Source: Zygnema circumcarinatum SAG 698-1b
Taxonomy: Eukaryota; Plantae; Zygnematophyceae
NCBI GenBank assembly: GCA_037447605.1
Contig: CM074804.1
Span: 1-64,000 of the forward strand
DNA length: 64,000 nucleotides
Reading direction: 5' to 3'
In this document: positions 1-11,215 of the stretch, piece after piece
Layout: the number at the start of each line of letters is the position of its first letter
Position numbering within the stretch: the stretch's first letter is position 1
Program-made: the position numbers and the translations under genes
The notes under the pieces: generated by a model
The model's database searches: none
What the model was told of the DNA's origin: nothing
What the model saw: only the letters and a program-made list of their open reading frames with translations

Positions 1-1466
1 AAACCCTAAAACCTAAAACCCTAAAACCCTGGGGTAAAACCCTAAAACCCTAAAAACTTAAAAACCCTAAAAACCCTAAAACCCTTAAAACCCTTAAAAC
101 CCTAAAACCCTAAAACCCCCAGTAAAACCCTAAAACCCTAAAACCCTAAAACCCTAAAACCCTAAAACCCTAAAACCCTAAAACCCTAGTAAAAACCCTA
201 AAACCCTAAAACCCTAAAACCCTAAAACCCAAAAACCCCTAAAACCCTAAAACACCCCAAAAACCCAAACCCCCAAAAAACCCTAAAAACCCTAAAAAAA
301 CCCCTAAAACCCTAAAACCCCTAAAACCCCTAAAACCCCTAAAACCCCTAAAACCCTAAAAAACCCTAAAAACCCTAAAAACCCTAAAAACCCTAAAAAC
401 CCTAAAAACCCTAAAAACCCTAAAACCCTAAAAAACCCTAAAAACCCTAAAAACCCTAAAAACCCTAAAAACCCTAAAAACCCTAAAAACCCTAAAAACC
501 CTAAAAACCCTAAAAACCCTAAAAACCCTAAAAACCCTAAAAACCCAAAAAACCCTAAAAACCCTAAAAACCCAAAAACCCTAAAAACCCTAAAAACCCC
601 AAAACCCTAAAACCCTGGGAAACCCTTCAAACCCTAGTAAAACCTCTTAAAAACCCTAAAACCCTAAAACCCTAAAACCCTAAAACCCTAAAACCCTAAA
701 ACCCTAAAAACCCTAAAACCTCTAAAAACCCCTCTAAAAACCCTAAAAACCCTAAAACCCTAAAACCCTAAAAACCCTAAAAACCCTAAAAACCCTAAAA
801 ACCCTAAAACCCTTAAAACCCTGGGGTAAGTAAAACCCTAAAACCCTAAAAACCCTAAAACCCTAAAACCCTGGGGAAAAACCCTGGGGTAAAAACCCTA
901 AACCCTAAAACCCTAAAACCCTAAAACCCTAAAACCCTAAAACCTGGGTAAAAACCCCGCAGTAAAACCCTAAAACCCTTAAAACCCTAAAAACCCTAAA
1001 ACCCTAAAACCCTAAAACTAAAACCCTAAAAACCCTAAAACCTAAAAACCCTAAAAAACCCTAAAAACCCTAAAACCCTAAAACCCTAGTAAAAACCCTA
1101 AAACCCTAAAAACCCTAAAACCCTAAAACCCTCAGTAAAACCCTAAAACCCTTAAAACCCTAAAACCCTGGGGTAAAACCCTAAAACCCTGGGTAAAAAC
1201 CCTGGGGTAAAACCCTAAAAACCCTAAAACCAAAACCCTGGGAAAACCCTAAAACCCTAAAAACCTAAAAACCCTAAAACCCTAAAACCCTAAAAACCCT
1301 AAAACCCTAAAAAACCCTAAAACCCTAAAACCCTAAAACCCTAAAACCCTAAAAACCCTAAAAACCCTAAAAACCCTAAAAACCCTAAAAACCCTAAAAA
1401 CCCTAAAAACCCTAAAAACCCTAAAAACCCTAAAAACCCTAAAAACCCTAAAAACCCTAAAACCCT
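1..1466. repeat. Telomeric repeat array, C-rich strand, mixed (CCCTAAAA)n and (CCCTAAAAA)n = TTTTAGGG/TTTTTAGGG
   Basis: Uninterrupted tandem CCCTAAAA/CCCTAAAAA units from base 1, in the orientation expected for a left chromosome end; abrupt switch to unique sequence at about 1467. Confidence 0.96.
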
Positions 1467-1666
1467 TCTTGGATTTCCCGTCCCCCTGATTTTTGATTTT
1501 AGAAATAAAAATAGGGCAGTGTTATTTCCACCCCTTTTTTGGATCCAAACACCCCTTCCCGGCCGGGCAGATTTCAAAAGGGATTAAAAACAGAAAATGC
1601 TTTTTTCACACCTTTTTGGAATCGATACCCACCTTCTTCCGTCGGCTGATTTTATTTTTGATAACC

Positions 1667-2310
1667 AAGGAAAATGATACCCCGTCATCGCATTTTGAAT
1701 ACTGTATCCCGCCTCCCTGAATTTTTTTTTTGCGGGAAAGAAATATCTGCCTGCCCGAATCCGCTCGGAGCGGAAGATCCGTCCGCCACGAGATCGTTCG
1801 CGGGTGTCCGTCTTTCACACGTGTGTGTCAATCGCAGTTGTCGATTCCCTCGCAGATCGCAGCACTGCAGATCACCGTTCGATCTGCAGCCGGGCTCGAT
1901 TTTAGCGAATGGAAAGCGCCCACGAGTCCCGCCAAAGCCGGATCGCACGTGCGAGTGCGCGCGTCTTTCGGCCCGAGATCTCGTCATTGTTAGCTCCCAG
2001 CCAATCAACATCCGCCACGTGTTCAAATTTTGACGCAGAAAATTTTGATTGGTTTAAGATCTCAATGTACGAAATTTTGGGTTCCTCAAGCTTGACCGTA
2101 CGACATTTGTACGGATAAACTTTTGAGAGGACTCTGGCGGGATACGTGGGCACGAGCCATGCGCTGTGACCGAGCCCGGCTGTAGATTCAAATACCGATC
2201 TGCCGTGTTGCGATCTGCGAGGGAATCGACGGCTGCGATTGACCGCACGCGTGAAAAAAAATTCAGGTAGGCGGGATATTCAAATGGGGTAACGGGTTAT
2301 CATTTTCCTT
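1667..2310. mobile_element. Non-autonomous foldback/Mutator-like element with long imperfect terminal inverted repeats
   Basis: AAGGAAAATGATA at 1667 pairs with TATCATTTTCCTT ending at 2310. Arms 1667-1730, 1814-1875 and 1883-1937 pair with 2254-2310, 2198-2255 and 2136-2188. No ORF; no TSD found. Confidence 0.62.
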
Positions 2311-3488
2311 ATTTTCTAGTCCATTATTAGGGCTACGATACGGACGTGGAATTTGTATCCATTTTTTTGTTCCCTTTATGCGGGTGTAATTTGTGTTTCT
2401 CCGCGGTGGGGCGCAGTCCGTACAGTTCTCCCTCGGCGCCTCCTCGGACTGCAACGCGACGACTCGCGCGTCGGCGGGGGAAGCCGCATCCCCCGCCCAG
2501 GCCCGCCCTCCCCGCCACGCAGGATCGGACGGCGCAGAGGAGCCCGCCCGCCCGGACTGCCGCGTGCTTACAAGTCAACGCCCCCGCACGTGCGGTCGCA
2601 AGCGGCTCAAGTGGCGCCCTCGTGGCTGTACAGTCGTGTCGTTTCTGTGGCAGCGCGCGGGGCCGTACCGTACGGCGCTTGCCGGTACCACGGAGTTTGA
2701 CTTGCCGCCGCCCGCCCGCCCGCCCGCCGGCGCCCTGGCCTGGCCTGCACCGCCTCCATCATCGCATCGCATAGCTGCGGGGCGCGGCGTGAGGGCTCCT
2801 CCCTCCCTCCCTCCCTCCCTCCCTCCCTCCCTCCCACCTCCCTCCTCCCTCCCTCCCTCCCACCTCCCTNNNNNNNNNNCTCCCTCCTTCCTCCTCCCTC
2901 CCTCCTCCATCCTCCCTTCTCCCTCCTCCCTCCTCCCTCCCGCCCTCCTCCGCCCCCCCCGCCCGCTGCGGGCGGCCCCCCCGTGGATCTACGCGCGCGC
3001 CGTGAGTCCAGAGGGTCTGGCCCCGCGGCCAGGGTCCTCGCGGCGGGGTGGCGCAGACTACGTTGGGAACCGCCACTGATTGAAGAAGCCCTCTAGGCAG
3101 GGATAGAAGGACCAAGTAAGGGCTTAATGACGGGAATGGTAGTGTTGAACAGGGGGAGGGAGGCCTCATGGGCGGATGTCATTTCGCAATCTTGTTCCGT
3201 AGGCCAGCGAGTTGGCCATGTCCGCCGCGTTGCACGCGTGAGAGGGGATTGGCGTTTGCTGCTGCTCACGGTAGGTCCGGGGGCGTGGCAGAGGCACATG
3301 TGAGTGGGCAGGGCGGGGCGCATGTGGTGGCGGGCATGACGGCTGCGTCATTCCCAGGGCATCCATGGAGCTCTCCGCCCACCTTCGTCCGCGCAGTGGA
3401 GCGCAGCACAGTGGCCCTGCCACCCCTCAGGCCTCTCTTGGTCACCCCCAGTAGGCCCGGTCCGCCCACGCATTGCGGCCTGCCAGGC

Positions 3489-5229
3489 ATGGCCCTCCAG
3501 CGCGGCGGTCTCTTCGGATCGCTCTCTGCTCCTCCAGGTGCGCCCTCGCGCCCGCCCCCTCGCCGCCTCGCGGCCTGGCCTGCTTCTCTCGGCCCGGCCC
3601 TGAGCAGGGGCGCGCGCGGCTGCAGGCGGAGGCGGAGGCGGCGCGCAGCTGAGCTCGCAGCTCTGGCATGCGTGCGCGGGGCCGCTCGTGGCGCTGCCTG
3701 CCGTTGGATCCCGCGTCGTCTACTTTCCGCAGGGTCACATTGAGCAGGTGCCGTCCCTTGCCCAATCGCACGTCAACTCCCTCCCTTCCTCATCTCCATC
3801 CTCCCTCACCTTCCTCCTCCCCTCCTCTCCTTTTTTTCCATCCGCGTCCTTCTCCTCGCCCTTCTTCCCCTTTCCTTCCCGTCCTCTCCAACCCCTGCCA
3901 CTCCTTCACTCTCCAGTCTGGCTTCTCTCCCCTTTACCGTGCTTCCTCTCGACCTCATCCTCATCCCCTTTCCTAGTATTCTCTCTCTCTCTCTCTCCTC
4001 ACCCCTCTCGCCCTACCCCCTCTTCCCTTTCTCGCCCTCTCCATCCTCCACTCCCCCTCCCTCTACTTTCAACCCCTCTCCCACTTCCCGCTTCCACCCT
4101 CCCCTCTCCGTTCCCCTCTCGCCCCCCTGCCTCCTCCTGCTCACCCCAACCCTTCCCATCCCGCTCTCATTCCCATTCCTGGTCCTCCTTTCTTCCATCA
4201 TCCTTCTCTTCTTCCCTCCTTTTCTTTCCTGGTTCATCCCCAACCCACCCCACCCCAAACCCGTAAATCCTCTGAATCATATAATTCCCTTCGCCGGCCT
4301 TTCTGCAACCCACTTCTGCATATGCGGATTATCCTGTGACGGCCGTCCTCCGGGCTGTCAGGTCGCAGCATCGGTGCCGCAGGAGATGGCGCCTCCCCCG
4401 CCGTACGCAAGCTTGCCGCCCCATCTCCTCTGCCGCCTCCTCTCCACATCCTTCCACGTACGCGTCCGTTCTCCACTTCTCTTAGCTGCACTTCGCTCCC
4501 AGAGGGCGATTCGTTAAGGTTGTACCGCTGGCCAGGGAGGTATCCTGGGTCACACAGGCAGAGGCTGCAGCGCTCAGTCATCTCCACAAACCCTAAAGAC
4601 CCTAACTACTCAAACTGCCCTACAATAGACTAAACTTTCTTGCCGTGGTTATGCATATTCCTTGCCTCGCTTCACATTGGGTCTTCCGCTGTGCGATACA
4701 AGGGCGTTAGCTTGCTACGGGCGGGCGGGAATGCAGGCAGACCCCGAGTCCGACCAGGTGTACGCGCAGATGGTGCTGCTGCCACTGGACCAGGTACGCC
4801 TCTTCTTCCTACTTCTCCCGTTCTTCGGAAAATGTCTGTTCACCTGTCCAGGCTGACCCAGGCGGACCTACTGTCAGTCCCGTCCTGCACTGCCCCCCCA
4901 ACCAAGACTTGGATGGACGAACAAGAGCTTCTTGTGGCATTGCAGCTCGTTTTTCAGGCTTATGATGCATTTATGACATGAATTTGTGTATCCGATGACC
5001 ATTTGCCCCACAGTCGTCACGACAAGGGCTCTCATGGAGGGTCCACGGGCAAGTGCGCAGCAGCAGCAGGAGGCGGAGGCAGCGCCGGCGGGCAATGGCG
5101 AGGAGTCGGAGGCGCGCAGGGCGCCGGTGATGTTCTGCAAGATGCTGACCGCCAGCGACACCTCCACGCACGGCGGCTTCTCCATCCCGCGCCGCGCCGC
5201 CGAGACGTGCCTGCCGCCCCTCGTGCGCG

Positions 5230-5270
<41 letters not shown>

Positions 5271-5858
5271 NNNNNNNNNNCCCCCCCCCCCCCCCCCCCC
5301 CTCCCTTCCCGGACCTGCCGCTCAATCATCAGAGAGGGGCGACCTAACAGCTGTCACGTGTGGGCCTTGCAGGATTACTCCCAACAGCCGCCTGCGCAGA
5401 CTCTTGTGGCGCAAGACCTCCACGGCAATGAGTGGAGCTTCCGCCATATTTACCGCGGTAGCCACTTTGTCAAGCCTTGCATTGGGTCATATGTTTTTAT
5501 GGGATGGAGAATATGAAATCTGGAACGGGGAAGAGCAAGGGGCAGAAGTCAATTCTGACGGACCCACATGCTCGGTTGAGGAAACAGGCTTTCCGAAGAG
5601 GCACCTCTTGACCACCGGCTGGAGTGCATATGTGAGCTCCAGGCGCTTGACAGCTGGCGACTCCGTGCTCTTTATTCGGTGAGTCTTAGCTTTCTCCGCA
5701 GTGGAAGTGGCACACGCCACTTCATGAGCACTGCCCGTCGGCAAAGTGTAGGCAGGCTATGCTGCTGCATGCGAGAGAAGGCCCTCGCTATGACAGGGGG
5801 GGTGCGGGCGCAGAGACGAGCGGGGGCAGCTGCGGGTGGGCAGCCGGCGCGCCCTCTG

Positions 5859-5891
<33 letters not shown>

Positions 5892-8800
5892 GCCCGCCGG
5901 CGCGGCCTCCTCGCGGCTCCCCCTCCCCTTCGGCGCGCTCGCCTCCGCGGCACACGCGGCGGCCACGTGCACGCCCTTCACTGTCTTCTACAATCCGAGG
6001 TTGGCGATGCCCTCACTACTAAATTGACAATTCCGATTGTACTTTATGCTTTCTCAATGCCTTGTCGATCTCATTTCCTTGTTTTTGTGCTGTATGAAAT
6101 CAAGCTCAAATAAATATTGCTGAAAGCTGATGGACACATTAATTTCATTGCAGAAGTAGAAAGATGTTTCGCCAGCTTTGGATGAATGTTGAGGATACGA
6201 ATAATTGATAGCCAAGCGGGAGTTTAAACGCAGGCTGACACTGCTTGAAGCCAAACAAATGCAACATCCAGAACCGCAGAAACTGGGCAATGCAGGGTTC
6301 TGCATGAGGAATTCATTGAGCTTGTCGGCGTTTTTTGGCCTAAACCGGAACAGTCCGACACGTATGGTTGCCGCGGGGCTGAGTGGGCGGGCGGGCGGGC
6401 GGGCGGGGAGGCAGGGCCTGCAGCGCGCCCTTCGTGATTCCGTACGAGGCCTTCCTGGCGGCGGGCAGCGGGCCCGCCTGCAGCGCCGGCACGCGCTTCA
6501 AGATGGCGTACGAGACGGACGAGGCCACTTCCCGCCGGTGCGCTGCTGCATTGTCGCGCTTCCTCGCTTATGACTTTGCAGCTAGTTGAAAGGATCCAAT
6601 AGCAAGCTGCCTACAACGTATTTTTTCGTTGACAACTGACGCCACGTGGCAATTATGTAATGCGTATCGGCGTCGGGATCAACTTCCTTCATTGCCTGCT
6701 GCCAGCTAACGTGTGGACTGGGCTCTCCTTTTATTCCCTGTCAATCCTCATCCGAGCTTTGGCCACTGCTGCTATGGACGTTTTATCATCCGGTGTGGCC
6801 CGTGGAGGCACCCTGCTGCCTGGTAATTCGGCCTAAGGGAGCAGCAGCTGTACCGGTGGTCGGACTGCTGGGTGGACCCTCCTGCTGCAGGTTTCGAGGC
6901 TCGATCGTGAGCATTGGCGATGCGGATCCGGCGAGGTGGCCGCACTCGCTCTGGCGGTCGCTTAAGGTGCTTCCGTACACTTCCCCTTCCTCTGTTCGCA
7001 GGCCGGGCAGCCGTTGACATGCTTTGCGGCAGGCGACCCCCTCGAATATGTGGTCTGCATTTGACTCGAGGCAGACCCGCGCCGGCTGCAGGTCGGCTGG
7101 GACGAGTCTATCGCGGGTGAGCGACCAGAGCGAGTGTCCCCGTGGGAAATCGAGCCCATCTCACTGGTGGCTTCTCTGCCGGCGACAACACGCTTCAGGC
7201 CCGTTCAAGCAGGGCCCGCAGAAACGTCCCCTGGTGACCACCTCTTTATGCTCTTCTCTTGTCCATTTTCTTCATCTCCTTTCTTCAGTTTCCATGAGCG
7301 CGACTGTTTTGGACGTCAGTCTGTCTGGCACCAACATAGGTCACTGCACTTATTTTTTCCCCCCAACGCTAACTTAAATGTGGCTTCTGCAATGCATCCG
7401 CAAACCTTCAAAGGTGGCAGCTAATAGTTAACCGGCCTTCACCTTTTGCAATGGCTAAGCTGCGAGGCTGCTCCAGGTGGTAGATCAGCTTCTGAAATCA
7501 GCTCTACTTTGATATGTCGACCTCCAGTCTGTCAGCCTAACACCGGTTGGCTTTTTCTCGAGATGAAGACCTCACAAAAAGTGGTGCATGTCTCCCACAG
7601 GTAATGTCCCCCGGTCTGCCTCTTCTCCTGACGACGAGCGGGAGGTTTGCGAAGGCGGCGAGCGGCGGAGCAAGCGTCGGCGGCGCAGCGCGGAGGGGTC
7701 GCCGCCCTCGTCCTTGCTCTCTGCCGGGCAGAGAGGGAGCCTTTCCCCGTCCCCGTCCCCCTCCCCGTCACTGGAGGCGGCACCGCCAGGACCTCCCCCT
7801 CAATCCTTGGCCTTCTCTCAGTGGTTTGCCGTTATGGCCAATGCTCACTCATCTTATCAGCCAAACATGGCGAACCTGACAATGGGGCCTTCGGGAGAAG
7901 TACAGCAGCAGCCACAGCAGGCAGTGAGATTTGCCTGGCAGACGACCCCACAGCCGAACGAGCCGGCGTGCGCATCCTCGAGTTCCCTGGAAGGCTCCTC
8001 AGCCCATCCCAACTATCTTCGGCTATCCAGCACAGGGTCCTCCATCTCCAGTCTCCACCACCCAGAACCTTCCACCTCTATGCAGAGTAATGGCCCATTC
8101 GGAGCAGCAACAGCAGGAGTTAGATTCCAGCGTAAATCCATAGGGAGGAGTACTACTGTCATGGAAGACGAGAAACTTCGTGAAGCAGTGCCCACTTCAG
8201 AAATGCAGATGGGATTGCGGCACGCCGTGGGGCAAGGCGCCTTTATCGCAGGTTTGCCGTTGGCCCATTCTCGCCAAATGGCGGCTGCCGGCAGTTTTGA
8301 GAACTCTGAGATCCACAGGTCTGAGCTCGAGGGCGAGCCTGTGAATCGAGTGAGCTTCCTTTCCCCTCTCCACCTATCACCGCCGACTGATGCTTTGCGT
8401 GCTCCTTCCAGCGACGCTGGACAGAAGAAGGCTGCTTCAGACACATCACCCACCAGAGCGGACGTTCCCTCGTTTCTGCCCCGCGATGCAAGCGCGAGCA
8501 CGTCCACAAACAGTCAGGACCCGACTCGTCTATTCGGTTTTGAAATTTTTCCCAGCCCTTCCACCACATTTGCGGGCGCCTCTGGTCGGAGCGTTCTTCC
8601 TTTGCAGCCCGACCCTCCCGGCGAGCCCCCGCGCTCCCCGGCCTCCGCGTGGACCGCCGCCCGCCCTAAAGGGAGGGCCCGCTCGGCCTCGGCAGGCTCG
8701 CAGGAACTGTTGCCGCTCGGCCGTGCTACCAGATCACGCACAAAGGTAAAGTTCATGGGTCGGACTTTTGCGCTCCGACCCCACTTTCTCCATTCTGCGT

Positions 8801-9522
8801 GCGCTAATTCCTACTTCAGTCCCCATCTTCGGGCCCTCGTCTGATATCTTCGCTCCCCCTCTCCCAACGTCAACTTGCCACTGGTGTCTGAAAGGAGGAG
8901 AATTTTTTGCTTGCAGGTTTACATGGCAGGCTCTGTGGGTCGCACGATTGATCTAATTGCATGTGGAAGCTATAACAACCTTCGACAAGAAGTGGGAGCT
9001 CTGTTTGGTTTGACAGCGGAGGATCTGAGAACAGGCCACCAGATCGTGTACACAGACCTTGATGGAGACGTCCTTCTCGTCGGGGATGATCCCTGGAGGT
9101 ACGAACTCACGGCTGCTCCCTGCTGCAACGCTAAAAGCGAATGGGGGGGGGGTGGAGGTGCACATTGAAGATAGGGTGACGACAACTGCAAAAGCTGCAT
9201 TTGAATGCATGGATGAGTTTATGGTCACTGCGGAATTGACAGACGGTCTTCCAGTGTGCTGCGAATGGCCTGTGTTTTGCCTGTGCTTGCTGAGCGTGAG
9301 TGCGTGCGGGGTGTGACTCGGGGCGGCAGCGAGTTCGTGGCGTGCGTGCGCACTCTGCGCGTGCTCTCGCCGCGCGACGGCGAAAGCGCGGAGCGCGGGG
9401 CGTGGCCGGGGGACGACAGGGGCAGCTCCGCCTCCGGGTCGGAGGAGGGCGGGGGGGCGCCTCTCGAGCATTTCAGCAGCACTCCTCTCCCTGAACACGG
9501 GATGCCATTGAAGGAGAAATAA
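3489..9522 (+). CDS. ARF: Auxin response factor, A/B-type, with B3 DNA-binding domain, ARF dimerisation domain, middle region and PB1 domain; multi-exon
   Basis: In-phase spliced exons give [143 protein letters not shown] and PB1 [35 protein letters not shown]; stop at 9520-9522. The start ATG 3489 is inferred from a phase-1 intron at 3538-3625. Confidence 0.93.
3760..4260. repeat. CT-rich low-complexity tract filling an ARF intron
   Basis: About 500 bp of near-pure pyrimidines on the + strand between ARF exons 2 and 3. Confidence 0.8.
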
Positions 9523-11215
9523 CTGGCGGCTTTGGAAGCTTAAATAGGGTCTCCAAAGTTACTTGAACATGATTCCGTCATAAATCTGAACCTTGGAGAT
9601 AAGAGGTACTCATTAGGCGGTCAATAAAAATGTTCACAAATGTAGGACAAATCAAAATGTGTACAGGAATAAAACCTGTGTTGAGGTCTAGATGCTGCAA
9701 GTAGAGACGGTGGAGTGTGAGGGAGTAAAACATGTGACGATTACTGGGATGGGGAGCCATCATGTCTGGAGGGGGGCTGGTTTTCCTTCGGGGGAGCTTC
9801 AGCATTGCTCGAGGTGGAGTTCCACGCTCTGTTCGCAAAGTGATGGTCCTTCGCAGGTCATTGTTGCGCACTGAAGTCAGACGGGTAATTGTGCATTGAA
9901 AGGCGATAGGGGTGAGGTAGCAGGTGGAGGAGCAGATCCCCACCATCGCGGAGCACAGCAGCCTGCGCATCACAAGAGACATCTCCCCGCGCATTCAAGA
10001 ATGCAGTCTGAATGATTACCTCTGACTATCCACCGCCCTCACTTTCCTCATTTTCATTTCATTTTTCAAATTTTGTTCTGTTTGTAGTCAGTTGTCCCAA
10101 TCCTTGTTCACTTTCAAGAGGGTAGCACCCGACTGCTTCTGGCGACTGTCTCAGCCTCGGTTGCAACCATGTCAAGCATAGTGTGAAAACAATTTGTTGG
10201 AGTGAATGATGTGAAACGTCGTGCGAATGATGTCGCTACCGTGCTTGAAACAGTAGTTGCTTTTGACAAATCAGAGACACAATCACTGGCTGCACACATT
10301 GATGAACGTTGTCCGCATGCAGCTGTCAGGCGCCTTCCTCGCAAGCTTGCCCTTCGCAATCCGTGATGCGCATCGCAGGGACCTTGCGCTTCGGTCTCGC
10401 CCCCCCCCCCTCCCCCCGCGCGCGTGGGCCGCCCCCTCGTGTTGGCAAAGCCTGTCTGCGCACAAAACGAGGGTCTCTGCTTTAAGAACGCGCCGCTTCA
10501 GACTTCTCAACGTCTGTACAAGTCAGGGAGGTGATCCGGCGTCTATTCGGGGATTTTCGGGGACCACAGGACGTTCCTGAACACCAATTCCGACGGCAGT
10601 GTTGCAAACCATAGTGCTTTTGAGATGCAGGAACGAGTCGAAATGCTCCAATAACGTAGGTGGATGCCAGATCTGACGGGATTGCCGTCGGGTCAACCAA
10701 CTGCCTGCCTCGCGGGAGTCAACCAAAACAATCCCAGCCAACACCTTCCAAAGTAGAACCACGGCATCGACTCACCACTCACCAGCCGCAGCCGGGACAT
10801 ATCGCGTGCCAGACATAGGACCGCACTGGCCTCACCAGTCACTCCACCAAATGGCTCCAACTCAGCCACCAAGCATTGGACTGCGCTTTAAACAGCAAAC
10901 CGCGAGATGCAACGGTGAATCTTCGACCACAGGGCACCTCTTCAACTTCTTGTCGAGAGCAGTCAAAGCATGTGGCAGCACTGCAAAACTGGACGCAAGC
11001 CAAGGGCTCAGCCCTTATGGCAAGCACAGGTCGTTTGCATAATGATTAATCTACATCTAGATATGGCCTCGTTTGATTCATCCATCTGCTCGGGAGGCTG
11101 TTCTGCTTGCGGGGGCTGAGGCTAGTACAACGTGGCAACACATTCCTCCACCGAGGACAAGGGATAACACTTCAGACACGGGGTTTTAAAATGCGGGTGC
11201 GGTACTGCTGGGTAT

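Noticed and set aside
26-1245. CCCTGG/CCCTGGGGT variant units within the telomere as a novel telomere motif
   Set aside because: CCCTAA-to-CCCTGG is a known nanopore miscall on the C-rich telomere strand, and the variants are irregular; this needs accurate reads.
1341-1577. ORF with FLG repeats
   Set aside because: Translation of the telomeric 9-mer.
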